Shown here piece by piece: positions 22,100 to 34,659 of a stretch of 37,063 nucleotides of DNA. The notes under the pieces are model-generated. The model made no database searches. It saw only the letters and a list, made by a program, of their open reading frames with translations, and had not been told where the DNA came from. The position numbers were made by a program, and so were the translations under genes. The stretch is from Chiloscyllium plagiosum (Eukaryota). The stretch is taken from positions 4,594,413-4,631,475 of the forward strand of contig NC_057756.1 in NCBI RefSeq assembly GCF_004010195.1, in the 5' to 3' direction. Numbering within the stretch: position 1 is the stretch's first letter; each line of letters opens with the position of its first letter.

Positions 22100-25000
22100 A
22101 AAATGCAGATGATCCTATATTTATCCTTAGCACGTGCTGGTCTTGCTATTTGAAATGGAGAATTTAGCTGCTTGAGCTCTGTAGTGCAATGGTCGTGCAC
22201 CTACTCAATAATAGGCGTAGCTTTCTGGATACTGTTGGAAGGGGGCAACCATCAGGGGAAAGCCGTAGCGGCCAGTTCTGGTGCAAAACCTGGCTCTGTG
22301 CGTTAGAAGGTAAACGGGGAGAAAAGGAGAGCAATAGTGGTAGGAGATTCAATCTTAAGAGGAATGGACAGGAGATTCTGTGGTTGCGAGCGAAACTCGC
22401 AAAACATATGTTGCCTCCCGGATGCTAGGGTAAGTAATGTCTCTGATTATATGTACAAGATTCTTAAGGGGAAGGGAAAGCAGCCAGAATTCGTTTTTCA
22501 CATCAGTACTAATGACATAGGTAAGGAAAGTGAGGAGGACCTGAAAAGAGAACATAGAAAATTAGTTTTGAAGCTAGAAGGCAAGCCGAACAGAGTAGTG
22601 ATCTCAGGATTGCTATCAGTGCCACGTGCTACTGAGACTAGGAATAGAGAGCGTGTGCAGCCGAACGCGTGGTTACAGGGCAGGTTTAGGAGGAAGGGCT
22701 TCAGGTATGTGGATCATTGGGACATCTTCTGGGAAAGCATGGACTTGTATAAAAAGGACGGTTTGCACCTGCACTGGAGCAGTTCTGATATCCTGGGCGG
22801 GAGGTTTGCGAGAGCTCATTAGGAGGATTTAAATTAGATTGGCATAGGGAGGAGGTTGTTGGAACTTGAGGTTCAGATCAGATGGCGGAGTAGATAGTGA
22901 ACAGCCAGATACAGCGTGTAGAAATTTTATAAGATGGGATAGGCACATGATAGGGAGGGATTCAATCTGTGTGATAGGTTCAATTGTATCTATTTTAATG
23001 TAAAAAGGAATCCGAGTGACGAATTCAGAGCATGAATTAATGCATGGAACAATGTGGTTGTGGCCATTACGGAGACTTGCATATAACAGGGGCTGGAATG
23101 GTTGTTGGATGTTCCAGGGTTTAGGTGTTTCTGAAGGAATGGGAACAAGGTAAAAGAAGTGGAGGAGTGGCATTGCTAATCGGTGATAGTATCACAGTTG
23201 CAGAAAGGGAGACCGTTGAACAGGATTTGTCCACAGAGTCAGTTAGGGTGGAAGTCAGAAGCAGGAAAGTAGAGGTCACTTTATTGGTAGTTTTCTACTG
23301 ACCCCACAATAACAACACAGATGGGGAGGAGCAAACTGGGAGGCAGATTTTAGAAACATATAGATGGTAAAGGTTTGCGGACATGGCTTTCTTTAACTTA
23401 CCTAAAATAGAGTGCACGTTCTTAGGTCAAATAGTTTAAAAAGAACAGTTTTTCTCAGGTATGTCTAAGAGGGGTTCCTGACACAATATGTAAATAGGCT
23501 GACTAGAGCAGAAGTCACATTGGCAACGAACAATGCCAGGTGTCAGATCTCTCGGGTGAGAGAATTTCGGTGGCAGGAATCAAAACTGGCTTTGATATAG
23601 CTAATCAAACGTTTGCTATACTCATCGAGAGGGTTATGAGCAGACAGTATGGGAAAATATTTACTTGGAGGAGGGGGAATTACATTGCTATTAGGCAGAA
23701 ATTCGGGAGCCTAAATTAGGAACAGATGTTCTCAGTGAAATGCACAGCAGAACTGTGGAAGTTGTTTACTAAGCACCTGCTGTTGGTGATGGAGCGATTT
23801 GATCCACTGAGGCAAGGAAGGGATGGTCGGTTGAAAGAACCTTAGGTGGAAAATCTCGTCAATAGGTGGAAGGAAGATTACTTCAGGTTAACGAGGCAAG
23901 GATCAGATATGACTTAAGAAGATGACAAGGTAGCAAGGAAGAAACTGAAGAATGGACGTGGAGAGCTCGAAAAGAGCATGAAAAGCTTTAGTGGGTGTAA
24001 TTAAGCAAAACCGTAACGCATTCCACATTTATATGAGGAAAACGAGGATGCCCATAGTGAGTGTATGGCCGATCAGAGATGGCGGAGGGGGTTTTTCCTG
24101 GTGTTGGACGAGTTCAGGGATGTCATTATTGAATATGTTGCTTCAGTTTTAACTATTTCGAGGGTCCATGATGTTTATGAAAACAGCATAAAGCAGACTG
24201 ATAGGATCGACCCGGTTCATGTTAAGAGGGCAGGTGTACTGAAGTGTTTAAAAACTTGAAGATGGATACATCCCATTGGCCAGATGGAATATATCATGAG
24301 TTATTATGAGAAGCAAGAGAAGACATTGTTGCACTTTCGGCGACAATTTTTGAGTCCTCACTGTCCACTGGAGTAATGTCACATGATTAGACGGTTGCAA
24401 ATGTTATTCCTTTGTTCATGAACGGGAAGATGGAAAATCTTGGGAATTAAAGACCAGTCAATTTCACATCTGTGGTTGGAAAAGTGTCGGAAAGGATTCT
24501 GAGAGACAGAATTTATAATTACTTGGAAAACCAGTTTGATTAGAAATAGTCAGCATGACTTTGTGAGGGGCAGGTCATGTCTCACAAACCTTACTGAATT
24601 ATTTGAGAATGTGACAAATCACATTAGTGAAGGTAGAGCAGTCGATGTAGTGTACATGGACAATAGCAAGTCATTTTATACGGTTCCAAATGGAAGGGTC
24701 AATCAGAAAATATGGAGGTCTAACACAAGGGAAAACTCCCTGTATGGCTACAGAATTGCCTGGCCCACAGAAGACAAAGGGTAGTGGTAGATAGAAAGTA
24801 TTCAGCCTAGAGTTCAGTGAACAGTGGTGTTCCACTGTGATCGGTTCTTGGGCCTCAGCTTCTTGTGATATTTATAAATGACTTGAATGAGAAAGTGGAA
24901 GGGTGTGTTGGTACGTTTGGCGATGACACGAAGGTTGGTGGAGCAGTGGATAGTGTGGAGTGGTGTTGCGGGTAGCAATGAGACATTGACTGGATGCAGA

Positions 25001-26025
25001 ACTGGCTGATAAGTCGCAGATGCAATGCAAACAAGAAAAGCGTTAAGTCATACACTTTGGAATGTCGAACTTGATTGCAGAATACAGGGTTAAATCAGGA
25101 GTCTTTTCAGTGTTTAGGAATAGAGGGATCTTGGGATCCATGTCCACAGATCCCTTAAAGTTACCATCCAGCTTGATAAGGTCGTCACAAAGAGGTATGG
25201 TGTGTTGGCTTTCATTAGCAGAGGGATTGAGTTTAAGAGCCACGAGGTTATGCTGCAGCTCTGTAGCGTCCTGTTTGGACCACATTTGAAATAATGTATT
25301 CAGGTCTGTCCACCTCATCATAGGAAAGATGTGGAAGCTTTAGAGATTTAGTACAATGCTGTCTGCACTGGACAGCAAGTCTTACGAAGAATTGTTGAGG
25401 GAGCTAGGGGTTTTCTCATTGAAGAGAAGAAGGGTAGAGGTGACTTGATAGAGGTGTAAAGATGTTGAGAGGCATAGATAAAGTGGATGGACAGAGACTT
25501 GTTTTCCGATGGTGGAATTGTCAATCACGAAAGGGCATAATCTTAAGTTATTTTGAGAAGGGTTTCGGGGAGATGTGTTGCTGGAAAAGCGCAGCAGGTC
25601 AGGCAGCATCTAGGGAACAGGAGAATCGACGTTTCGGGCATTAGCCCTTCTTCAGGATTCCTGAAGAAGGGCTAATGCCCGAAACGTTGATTCTCCTGTT
25701 CCCTAGATGCTGCCTGACCTGCTGCGCTTTTCCAGCAACACATTTCCATCTCTGATCTCCAGCATCTGCAGACATCACTTTCTCCTTTCGGGGAGATGTC
25801 ACAAGTAGGTTCTTTACTCAAAGAGTGATGGTGCGTGGAATGTACTGCCAGCGGTGGTAATGGAGTCTGATAAATTAGGGACATCCAAGTGACTCTTCGA
25901 TAGTCACATGCAAGTTAGTGCAATGCAGAGTATTTATGTTGTTCCGATCTTGGAGTGGAATAGAAGGCAGGTACAAAATCAAGGACCGAAGGGCCTGTAC
26001 AATGCTGTACTGTTCTATGTTCTAA
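22100..26025 (+). mobile_element. Near full-length decayed CR1 LINE (ORF1 SGNH esterase, ORF2 endonuclease-RT)
   Basis: VGDSILRG..CCLPDARV..HISTNDI..DGLHL (ORF1); VAITET, RPVNFTSVVGK, SQHDFVRGRSCLTNL, FGDDTK (ORF2); tail ctgtactgttctatgttcta. Confidence 0.92.
25577..25785. repeat. Young palindromic Penelope-derived insertion with two opposed hammerhead-like cores, inside CR1
   Basis: Near-perfect inverted arms centred at about 25658; CTGAAGA a GGGC taat GCCC GAAAC on both strands; 14-bp TSD TTTCGGGGAGATGT at 25563-25576 and 25786-25799. Confidence 0.92.
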
Positions 26026-26379
26026 ATCTGAGCCACGGGTGTCTTTATTCAAACCACATTTGCTCCATACCTAACAATATTTGTGTTTTCTCTAGGTTGC
26101 GGAAATTCTGATTAGGTTTCACAGAAGAATCAAAATCTTGAAGTTAATTAAAATATATTTGCATAAGAGCCCAAAAGAATCACAATTACGGTTGGGCATT
26201 GGGAAAATAAGGAACAGGAATTTATTTCAGGCGAAATGCAAAGTGAACCGCGTCTGTATGGTCTGAAGCTACACGTAATATCAACTAATCAGTTCTGTTA
26301 AACTGTGTTAACTGAATATCAGATGTTCTGCATAATAGGCTGCTCGTGCAATACTGCCTATTGTGCAGCTGCAATTGGG

Positions 26380-26660
26380 TGGTGGCGTGGTGCCTCGTTC
26401 AGTGGTTGCCAATGCTGCCTTATTGCAACAGCCTCCAGGTTTTGAATCCATCCTTGGGCGACTACCTGTTTGGAGTTTGCACATTCTTCCACTGACTGTG
26501 TTTCGTCCCACAGGACGAAGAAAAGGGTTAGATGGATTAGCCATGGGAAATACAGGGTCCCAGGAAGGGCGTGGGTCCAGTTGGGAATGGTCTTCGGAGC
26601 GGCAGTGTGGACTCAATTGGACAAAGGGCCTGCCATCAAACTGTACGCATGTATATTTCT
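26380..26660 (+). mobile_element. HE1-like SINE (diverged)
   Basis: tRNA-like head gttcagtggttgccaatgctgcct..tttgaatcc, ggagtttgcacattct core. Confidence 0.75.
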
Positions 26661-27149
26661 AAATGCCAGAAATTGTTGCAACATGGCGTTCAAATCCTTC
26701 TTTAAGGTAACATTGATGCGTGGAAGAAAATAGAGAACAGACACTCAAGAAAGCGTGAAAACGAAAGCACACACACATTAACAATAATTTTATTCTGACG
26801 GAGGAGTCTTATCTAAATGTGCAATAAAGTAAAACTACCAACTTTTAAAATTTCATTTCAATCAGAAAAGCAAAGCATTGACCACATTGGTTACTTGTGG
26901 GCGATGATCAAAAATTTACAATTAACATATACTTGAAAGTGGACATTCTTAACGAGCTGCAGAGATAACAAGGCGCCTGGAAAGAGTTGCTAATACAGAG
27001 GGCATCTCGCTGACAGCCAAAATTAAATGTTCATGTGCCGTGTATTCTCTGAATGGATGGGATGTTGTTAAGGTCTGGAAAAATCGTCTAAATCCCCAAC
27101 AATGAGAAAAGAATAGTACAGCTTATAAACTGAAAATTCCGTTCATCAT

Positions 27150-29015
27150 GCTGGATGGAAAAGTAAGCTTCAAGGCAAGGGTGTAATTGATATGTGGAGC
27201 TTGTTCAAGGAGCAACTATTGAGTGTACTTGATAAGTATGTGTCCGTCAGGCAGGGAGGAAAGGGTCGTGTGAGGGAGCCGTGGTTTAATAAGGAATTGG
27301 AATCCCTTGTTAAATGGAAGAGGGCGGCCTATGTAAAGATGAGGCGTGAAGGTTCAATTGGGGCGATTGAGAGTTATAAGGTAGCCAGGAAGGACCTGAA
27401 GAGAGAGCTAACAGCAGCAAGGAGGGGACATGACTGGTCCTTAGTCGGTAGGATTAGGAAAAACCCTAAGGCTTTCTATAGGTATGTCAGGAATAAAAGA
27501 ATGACTAGGGTAGGAATAGGTCCAGTCAAGGATAGTAGGGGGAAGTTGTGTGTGGAGGCTGAAGAGATTGGGAAGACACTGAATGAATACTTTTCGTCAG
27601 TAACAGGAACAGGACATTGTTGCCGATGTGAATACTGAGTCACAATTAAGTAGAATGGAAGGCTTTGAGGTATGTAGAGAAGAGGTGTTGGAAATTCTGG
27701 AAAGGGTGAAAATAGATAAGTCCCCTGGGCCTGATAGCATTTATCCTAGGATTCTCTGGGAAGCAAGGGAGGAGATCGCAGAGCCATTGGCCTTGATTTT
27801 TATGTCCTCATTGTCTACAGGAGTAGTGCCAGAAGACTGGAGGATAGCAAATGTGGTTCCCTTGTTCAAGAAGGGGAGTAGGGATAACCCTAGTAACTAT
27901 AGACCGGTGAGTCTCACTTCTGTTGTGGGCAAAATCTTACAGAGAATTGTAAGGGATAGGATTTATGAACATCTGGATAGGAATAATGTGATCAAGGATA
28001 GTCAGCATGGTTTTGTGAAGGGCAAGTCGTGCCTCACAAACCTTATTGAATTCTTTGAAAAGGTGACGAAGGAGGTTGATGAGGGGAAAGCGGTAGATGT
28101 GGTATAAATGGATNNNNNNNNNNNNNNNNNNNNNNNNNNNNNNNNNNNNNNNNNNNNNNNNNNNNNNNNNNNNNNNNNNNNNNNNNNNNNNNNNNNNNNN
28201 NNNNNNNNNNNNNNNNNNNNNNNNNNNNNNNNNNNNNNNNNNNNNNNNNNNNNNNNNNNNNNNNNNNNNNNNNNNNNNNNNNNNNNNNNNNNNNNNNNNN
28301 NNNNNNNNNNNNNNNNNNNNNNNNNNNNNNNNNNNNNNNNNNNNNNNNNNNNNNNNNNNNNNNNNNNNNNNNNNNNNNNNNNNNNNNNNNNNNNNNNNNN
28401 NNNNNNNNNNNNNNNNNNNNNNNNNNNNNNNNNNNNNNNNNNNNNNNNNNNNNNNNNNNNNNNNNNNNNNNNNNNNNNNNNNNNNNNNNNNNNNNNNNNN
28501 NNNNNNNNNNNNNNNNNNNNNNNNNNNNNNNNNNNNNNNNNNNNNNNNNNNNNNNNNNNNNNNNNNNNNNNNNNNNNNNNNNNNNNNNNNNNNNNNNNNN
28601 NNNNNNNNNNNNNNNNNNNNNNNNNNNNNNNNNNNNNNNNNNNNNNNNNNNNNNNNNNNNNNNNNNNNNNNNNNNNNNNNNNNNNNNNNNNNNNNNNNNN
28701 NNNNNNNNNNNNNNNNNNNNNNNNNNNNNNNNNNNNNNNNNNNNNNNNNNNNNNNNNNNNNNNNNNNNNNNNNNNNNNNNNNNNNNNNNNNNNNNNNNNN
28801 NNNNNNNNNNNNNNNNNNNNNNNNNNNNNNNNNNNNNNNNNNNNNNNNNNNNNNNNNNNNNNNNNNNNNNNNNNNNNNNNNNNNNNNNNNNNNNNNNNNN
28901 NNNNNNNNNNNNNNNNNNNNNNNNNNNTTAGGTGGGCTTGGATCGGCGCAACATCGAGGGCCGAAGGGCCTGTACTGCGCTGTATTCTTCTATGTTCTAT
29001 GTTCTATGTTCTATG
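27150..29015 (+). mobile_element. Relatively young 5'-truncated CR1 LINE spanning an N gap
   Basis: KSPGPDSIYPRIL, NYRPVSLTSVVGK, SQHGFVKGKSCLTNL; (TTCTATG)4 tail ending near 29015. Confidence 0.95.
28114..28927. other. Assembly gap (N run)
   Basis: Run of n. Confidence 1.
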
Positions 29016-29099
29016 AAAACCTTTTTTTTTGCACAAATCTCCAGTTTTAACGGGAATTGCTTTCCCTGACTTCCTTTCCAAAACCAAAACAAGTCATAC

Positions 29100-29381
29100 C
29101 TTTCAAAGTTTATGTTCATATTTATTTATTGCCCCTGTCCATTCAGTCAACACATTCCAGCCGACAGAAATCTTCTGATGGTATTTTAGTTGTCTCGCCT
29201 TTCCATTTGATTTTTGTTTTTACAACTCCGTTGCATTTAATATATTTAAGTATAAATCCTTCTTCAATGAAAACAATGTTATGATATCAGTCTATACAAA
29301 GTGATGCTGTTTAAAACTATTTTCACTTTTTTTTCAAATATTAATTTAGCTGCCAAGCAAACAATGATTTATTTGTATTCT
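29100..29381 (-). pseudogene. Gene B decayed CARD-like exon (282 nt)
   Basis: Acceptor tcattttag| at 29382, donor AAG|GTATGA at 29099; pieces KVKIVLNSITLYRLI / FIEEGFIL / ILNATEL*KQKSNGKARQLKYHQKISVGWNVLTEWTGAINKYEHKL; KAR.L is a typical CARD helix-4 motif. Confidence 0.55.
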
Positions 29382-29494
29382 CTAAAATGACTGAACCCAT
29401 AATTCTAATTTTTGAACAGAAACTTCTGGAGATAATTTTGCAATCCCATACCCCACGAGAAATTATGCATACTGACAGCTTGAAAATCAATTAT

Positions 29495-29972
29495 CTTTGT
29501 CCAGGCTTTAATATATTGTCAGGGTTGAAGAGTTTGAGCTATAGGGAGAGGACGAATAGCTTGGGGCTGTTTTCCCTGTAGTGTTGGTGACTGAGAGGTG
29601 ACCTTACACAGGCTAATAAAAGCATGAGAGGCATGAATAGGGTAAATGGACAATGTGTTTTCCTTGGGTTTGTGGGAGTCAGGAACTAGAGGCCATACGA
29701 TTAAGTTGACAGGGGAAAGATTTTATAAGCAACTAACTTTTTCACGCAAAGTGTAATGCACTTGTGGAATGAGCTGCCAGTGAAAGTGGTGAAGGCTGGT
29801 GCAATTACAACATTGAAAACGCATCTGGATGACTGCTTGAATAAGAAGGGCTTAGAGGGATACGGGCCAAGTACTCTCAAATGAAATGAAATTAATTTAG
29901 GATATCTGGTCTCACGGACGATTTGGACCGATGGGCATGTTTCCGTGCTGCATATCTCTTAGACTCTGTGAC
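29495..29972 (+). mobile_element. CR1 LINE 3' fragment
   Basis: GLKSLSYRERTNSLGLFSL, tggaatgagctgccag, tail ctcttagactctgtgac. Confidence 0.85.
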
Positions 29973-30691
29973 AGCAGACATTAAGAACAACGTGATGGCA
30001 TTAGAATGCCTGGAAAAAAATATTCAAGACAATTGTTCTATTGATTACTCCTAACAAACTCGGGGGCAATTATAGCACATGAAATCTTAAAATAGTAAAG
30101 AGACTGTAAGTAGGCTTCGAAATATTTAAGGACCATAGAAATTAAAGTTTGAGAAAATGTTCCCATTAGTTGAAGGGTCGAGAATAAGCGGTTACTTTTC
30201 TTAAACGAGATCTAATATAAGAAGGAATTCTCATATGAGGAATAATTTATCACACTATGAGTTTTTGCGTATAGATAGAAATGTGTGCAAGCAAGTTGAT
30301 GATAAGTTCAATCGAGATATTGTGGACCGAAGTGATGGACTATTAATGGAGTAGAAATTTCAACGGTTACACGGAAAATGAAAAAGTTTGTTTGTGAACA
30401 AGTCTTCTAGAGCAGTAGCACAGTCCCAAAGTTTCAATTTATTTATTGTGCTGCCACTTAATAAATTGATATTGTTGAGGAAGTACAAAGAGAACGACTT
30501 CCCTTTATCAGTTAGCCACCTGTTTCCTGTTATAAACTAAAGTTCCATTAAAAAACCCACAAATAATGTGGATGTCATGATAGAGCTTTCCGTAAAAAAA
30601 AGGAACATGCAGTGAAAAATGTATGTGAGGAAGTTGTTACCCATGGTGACTTCTTTTTTATTACTGAAAAGTGAATGCTGTAGCACTGTAC

Positions 30692-31143
30692 CTGTATTTT
30701 CATCAAAATCTGCCAGATTCAGGAGAATTTCTCCATAAGTTATTTTACTTTCAGGTTTTCAAAAGTCGCTGTTTTTGTTTTAACTTTCCCTCACATTATT
30801 GTTCTCACAGATACCATGGAGTTTAACAGGATAAAAAGGTCTTGATGAAAGTTCTCATCATTACCCATTTCCTTCACAAATCTGTTCGTTTATGGTGATC
30901 CCAAACCGAATAAATTCAACATCTTCAGCAAAAGTCTTTTCCCTGTTGCAAGGTTAAGTATATCCTATACTTTTGCACTGACGTTCGTCTGTTGAATGTA
31001 TCCAAGGTTCTGTGAAGATATTGATTATATTTTCCTGGTCCCCAAAGTAAGTTGTGCCCCAACCCGTGTTTCATTCAACGCAAAATGTGCAACTTATTTT
31101 CTCTTTACTCTTTTCAACATCTCAGCCAGTGCATCTGGTTCTG
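30692..31143 (-). pseudogene. Gene B decayed CARD-like exon (452 nt)
   Basis: CAGCAG acceptor at 31146-31141, donor CAG|GTACAG at 30691; EPDALAEMLKRVKRK*...DILNLATGKRLLLKMLNLFGLGSP*TNRFVKEMGNDENFHQDLFILLNSM resembles CARD helices 4-6. Confidence 0.55.
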
Positions 31144-31273
31144 CTGTTACACAATGCACTATATATTGGCACCATTATCAATTACTGACTGAAAACTGAA
31201 GCAGTATTTGCAAAGGTATGTCACGTTATTTGAGATCAACAGAACAATTGTTCTCCAATATCCGAAAATGTAC

Positions 31274-31776
31274 TCAGAACATCAAATTCCTTTTCACAAA
31301 TCGTAGCAATATGAATTCCGAATGCCGGTTTGCATTTCTTCTTTTTAGTCCCTTTGTTTCTGTATTGGTGTTAAGTAACATTTTGCCGAAATTGATAATG
31401 TATATATTGCTGTCATGAGCAACGGTTTGGAGAAAGTTAGGGCTGCAGGTGCTGGGGAGTCAGAGTCGAGACGTGTGGCGCTGCAAAAGGTATAGCATGC
31501 CAGGCAGCATCTGAGGAGTAGGAGATACGAAGTTTCGGGCACAAACACTTCATCAAGACCCCGATGAAGAGCTAATGCTCAAAACGTTGACTCTCCTCCT
31601 CTAATGCTGCCTGAGCTGCTGCGAGCTACTGTTCCAACGACATAGTGACCTGTGCGGATTGTCTTTTACAGCTAGATATCTGTGACATTGGTTGGAGGCA
31701 GGCGGGACAGATATTTGATTTTCATTGAGATAATAGTGACTTTGCTGTGAATCACTTCTTTTGCAAGTAAATACAT
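31274..31776 (-). pseudogene. Gene B decayed exon (possible CARD) interrupted by a palindromic repeat
   Basis: Acceptor at 31777, donor gtacat at 31273; removing the insertion and one TSD copy gives one frame with two internal stops: MYLLAKEVIHSKVTIISMKIKYLSRLPPTNVTDI*L*KTIRTGHYVVGTVAHDSNIYIINFGKMLLNTNTETKGLKRRNANRHSEFILL. Confidence 0.4.
31429..31622. repeat. Diverged palindromic Penelope-derived insertion inside a gene B exon
   Basis: Same family as 25577-25785; degenerate TSD gagcaacggtt (31417-31427) / gagctactgtt (31623-31633). Confidence 0.8.
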
Positions 31777-33272
31777 CTTGTAGGACAAAGGCAACATCAC
31801 CCCACTGAGGGATTGAAACATTCCATTTCGTAATGATTACAAGTCAATAGCCAATAAAATGCCTTTCATTTTATGTCACGAAGTAGATAAATCAATATAG
31901 CATGCTTGTTGCAAATCTGGGAACCTCAGGCATCTCAGAAGTTAAGATTCCTGAAATCACTGCAGTTGATATTCGAATTAGGCTTCACATCTGTAAGTGC
32001 ACATACATTTTCTCCCTTGACAGATGCACATGGCATCACAGACATTCAACCCCAGGAACATTATGGAGTTTTCGTTTTCTTTTGCTAATCGCCAGTCACG
32101 ATCATTTGAAATGCCTTTGATATTTCCTATCAGGTGGATGTTCGAGCAATCTTTTGATGACTATGATATAGCTTAAACTCTGTCCACTAAAAATAAGCAG
32201 TATCAAACACAGAAGTGTCAATTAGTTTGTGATCCAACTAGGCAAATTAGAGAGTAGAAAGTTAATTTTATGTGGCAATTGCCAAAACAACTCAAAGGTA
32301 CCACTGACGAAACTGCTCTATCTAAGATATACTTTGTGAGTTATTTTTCTGTTCTTCTTCATTTTATGAATCATGGCCACAGAAAAATCAACAGCTATTA
32401 ACTAACCACAAATTTTACTGAATTATTTAAACAGGATGAATTTCAGTCTGCATTTCAGCGTGGTTGTTTCTACCAAATGCTCGAAATGTGAAGTATTACA
32501 ACATGGGAGGTAACAGTCACTAATTTCCCTTTTGCCATGACGGCAACATATTGTGTGATCATTAAAAAGATAACATTGACACTTCGAGATAATCACAGTC
32601 ATCACAATCATAACTGGATGTAAATATGCTTAAAGACGAATAATCCTTCCTGACGCAGCTGAAATGCGTTTGCAGACATATAGAGGAGAAAGCTTTTACT
32701 TAAATGCAAATGAAGAGAGCTTTATGTATGATGACATTTACGGTTGGACATGTTGAGTCCCTATTAGATAATATGAAATGATTGAACATTTGAAGTGTGA
32801 TGACCTACAGGGCCATAGAAAAAGCAGGGAGTGGGACTGACCTTTACATTCAGCTAAAATCAAAAGGGGATGGCCAGAATGGTCTCATTTGATGTTGAAA
32901 ATTGTCCATTATTTTCAAGAAAATCGAGGGATTATGAACGAATGATGCTCAGTCTACACTTTAACGTGTTCTGTACATATTTATGACATCATTTTATTAC
33001 ATTTAGGAATTACAAACTACCAAGCACGCATTGTTGATAGTACTGAATCACAGAAACATCAACAGTAATCAATGTGATGTGAGGATAAGACAGGCCTGCA
33101 ATATTTATTTCACACGACCATGTAATCATTAATTAATTTTCATACGTCACCCATAAACGTATTGACTGCAAATGAACATTGATAATTTTGTTCGGGCTGC
33201 ACATGGTAAAGCAATATAAAATTATTGAAAATGTTTCAGAGTTGAAACAGAAGACTGAGGAAGATTTCTTAC

Positions 33273-33297
33273 TTGGAACAAAAACTTCCATAGTCTG
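33273..33297 (-). pseudogene. Gene B mini-exon (22/25 nt, CAGCAG acceptor), DYGSFCS
   Basis: ctttgaacag|cagactatggaagtttttgttccaa|gtaaga; followed after a 76-nt intron by another candidate exon starting at 33196 (PNKIINVHLQSIRLW). Confidence 0.5.
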
Positions 33298-33699
33298 CTG
33301 TTCAAAGTTAAATTAAGAGCTTGAATAATTAGTTGCCTTCATAGGAGAATATTCAACATAACAAGAATAAAATAACACACAAATGTTCTCGTAAAATATT
33401 TGCAATGGGTCATGTGGAACAGAAACAGGAAAAAGTGAAAGCATGTAAACAGTTAGATAACGGACAGCCTTCAAGAATGCTGACAGGATCATTCATACCA
33501 AGCTCATCGGATAGAAACAAAGGTTCTGACTATTCACTTATCTTGCGTGCACATGATGTTAACATCGACAGATAATTCTACCAAAATAAACATGAAGTGG
33601 TAAGTATGCAGGTTTTAGGGAATTCAAATGCATTCTTGTGGATATTCGATTTCAGGCGATAAGAAGAGTGGCTGTTTTATCAGCAGTAGAATGTTGTAA

Positions 33700-34175
33700 A
33701 AATAGTGCAGGAGCTAAGTCTGCAATGTGATTCAATAATGTTTGTAGGAAGGCCCAAATAAAGTGCAGAGGTTTGTGTGCACATCCCAGATCATTGCAGA
33801 AGCAAATCTTCCATCAATGGACTCCAATTATATTTCTCCTTTCTACAGTAAAGCTGCCAGCATTATCAATGTCTCCGACGACCCCGGTGCTGCTCTCATA
33901 CAATCTCTTCCATCATGTTGATGGAACACCCACACCAACATCTTCAAGAAAAGCTTCTTTCCTGCCGACATTAGACTGACGAATAAACTCTCTAACTTCA
34001 CATAAAGTTGACTTAGTTCGTGTTAATCTTGCTTCACACATCTCCTGTGTGGTGTAACCTGCATTCCTCACTTTGTCAAAGCATCCTATGATCAGCATGT
34101 CCTTGCTTACTATGATCTGCCTGTATTGCTCGAAAACAAAGCTTTCCACTGTATATACGTTCATGGGTTCCTGGT
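33700..34175 (+). mobile_element. Degenerate Rex1/Babar-like LINE 3' end
   Basis: aaagctgccagcattatcaa..cacaccaaca..ttcaagaaaagcttctttcctgcc (T..FKKSFFP) and 3' UTR aaagctttccactgta. Confidence 0.65.
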
Positions 34176-34439
34176 GAACATAGTGAAATCGTGGGATGAT
34201 CAAAAACTGCAATTAGTCTGATCATGCAGCAATATGATTAACCTGATTGGATTCACATGTAATCAATTATGATGGTATTATGGCTTTCAGAGGTGAATTG
34301 TGTCCTTATTTTTATTTTGAAGAGAAATTTTGAGCCATAGGTGAGGAATTGTCTCCTCCAAGCAAATACCGCAAATAGCCTGTGAGGCTTTTTATTATTT
34401 TTTAAAAGTTGAAACAGTAGACGCCACTTTAATGGAAGG

Positions 34440-34650
34440 ATCAGGCCCCCACAGAACTGTGTTCTACTTTAGCTTCCATCAGTTCTGATGTTCGATGCCC
34501 TCTATCTCTGAGCTCCCCGACCTCAGGGAAAAGGCTTTGTCTATTTATCCTATCCATTCTCCTCATGATTTTGTAAACCACCAAAAGGTCACCCCTCGAT
34601 CTCTGTCGCTCCAGGGAAATCAGCCCCAGTCTATTCAGCCTCTCATGAAG
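34440..34650 (-). mobile_element. CR1 3' fragment
   Basis: ERLNRLGLISLERQRSRGDLLVVYKIMR. Confidence 0.8.
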
Positions 34651-34659
34651 GATCAGATG

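Noticed and set aside
21799..22167. 122-aa plus-strand ORF
   Set aside because: Starts at a TTG, has no recognisable domain and runs into the 5' edge of a CR1 element
26891..26955. Minus-strand acceptor/donor pair (ctctgcag|ctcgttaag..cacaa|gtaacc)
   Set aside because: Immediate stop in the expected phase and no homology cue; may be non-coding or chance
28987..29015. Short tandem repeats (TTCTATG)n as an array or regulatory element
   Set aside because: Ordinary CR1 3' microsatellite tail; no spacers, and nothing CRISPR-like or prokaryotic in the window
28097..29050. Long ORFs of about 300 aa (also the plus-strand ORFs over 17047-17552)
   Set aside because: Artefacts of translating through N gaps
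30420..30590. Possible gene B exon with mutated acceptor (ttttttacgg|aaagc)
   Set aside because: No AG, no recognisable domain, and it borders degenerate CR1 sequence
33913..34212. 99-aa minus-strand ORF
   Set aside because: Antisense to a Rex1/Babar-like LINE 3' end; no splice support
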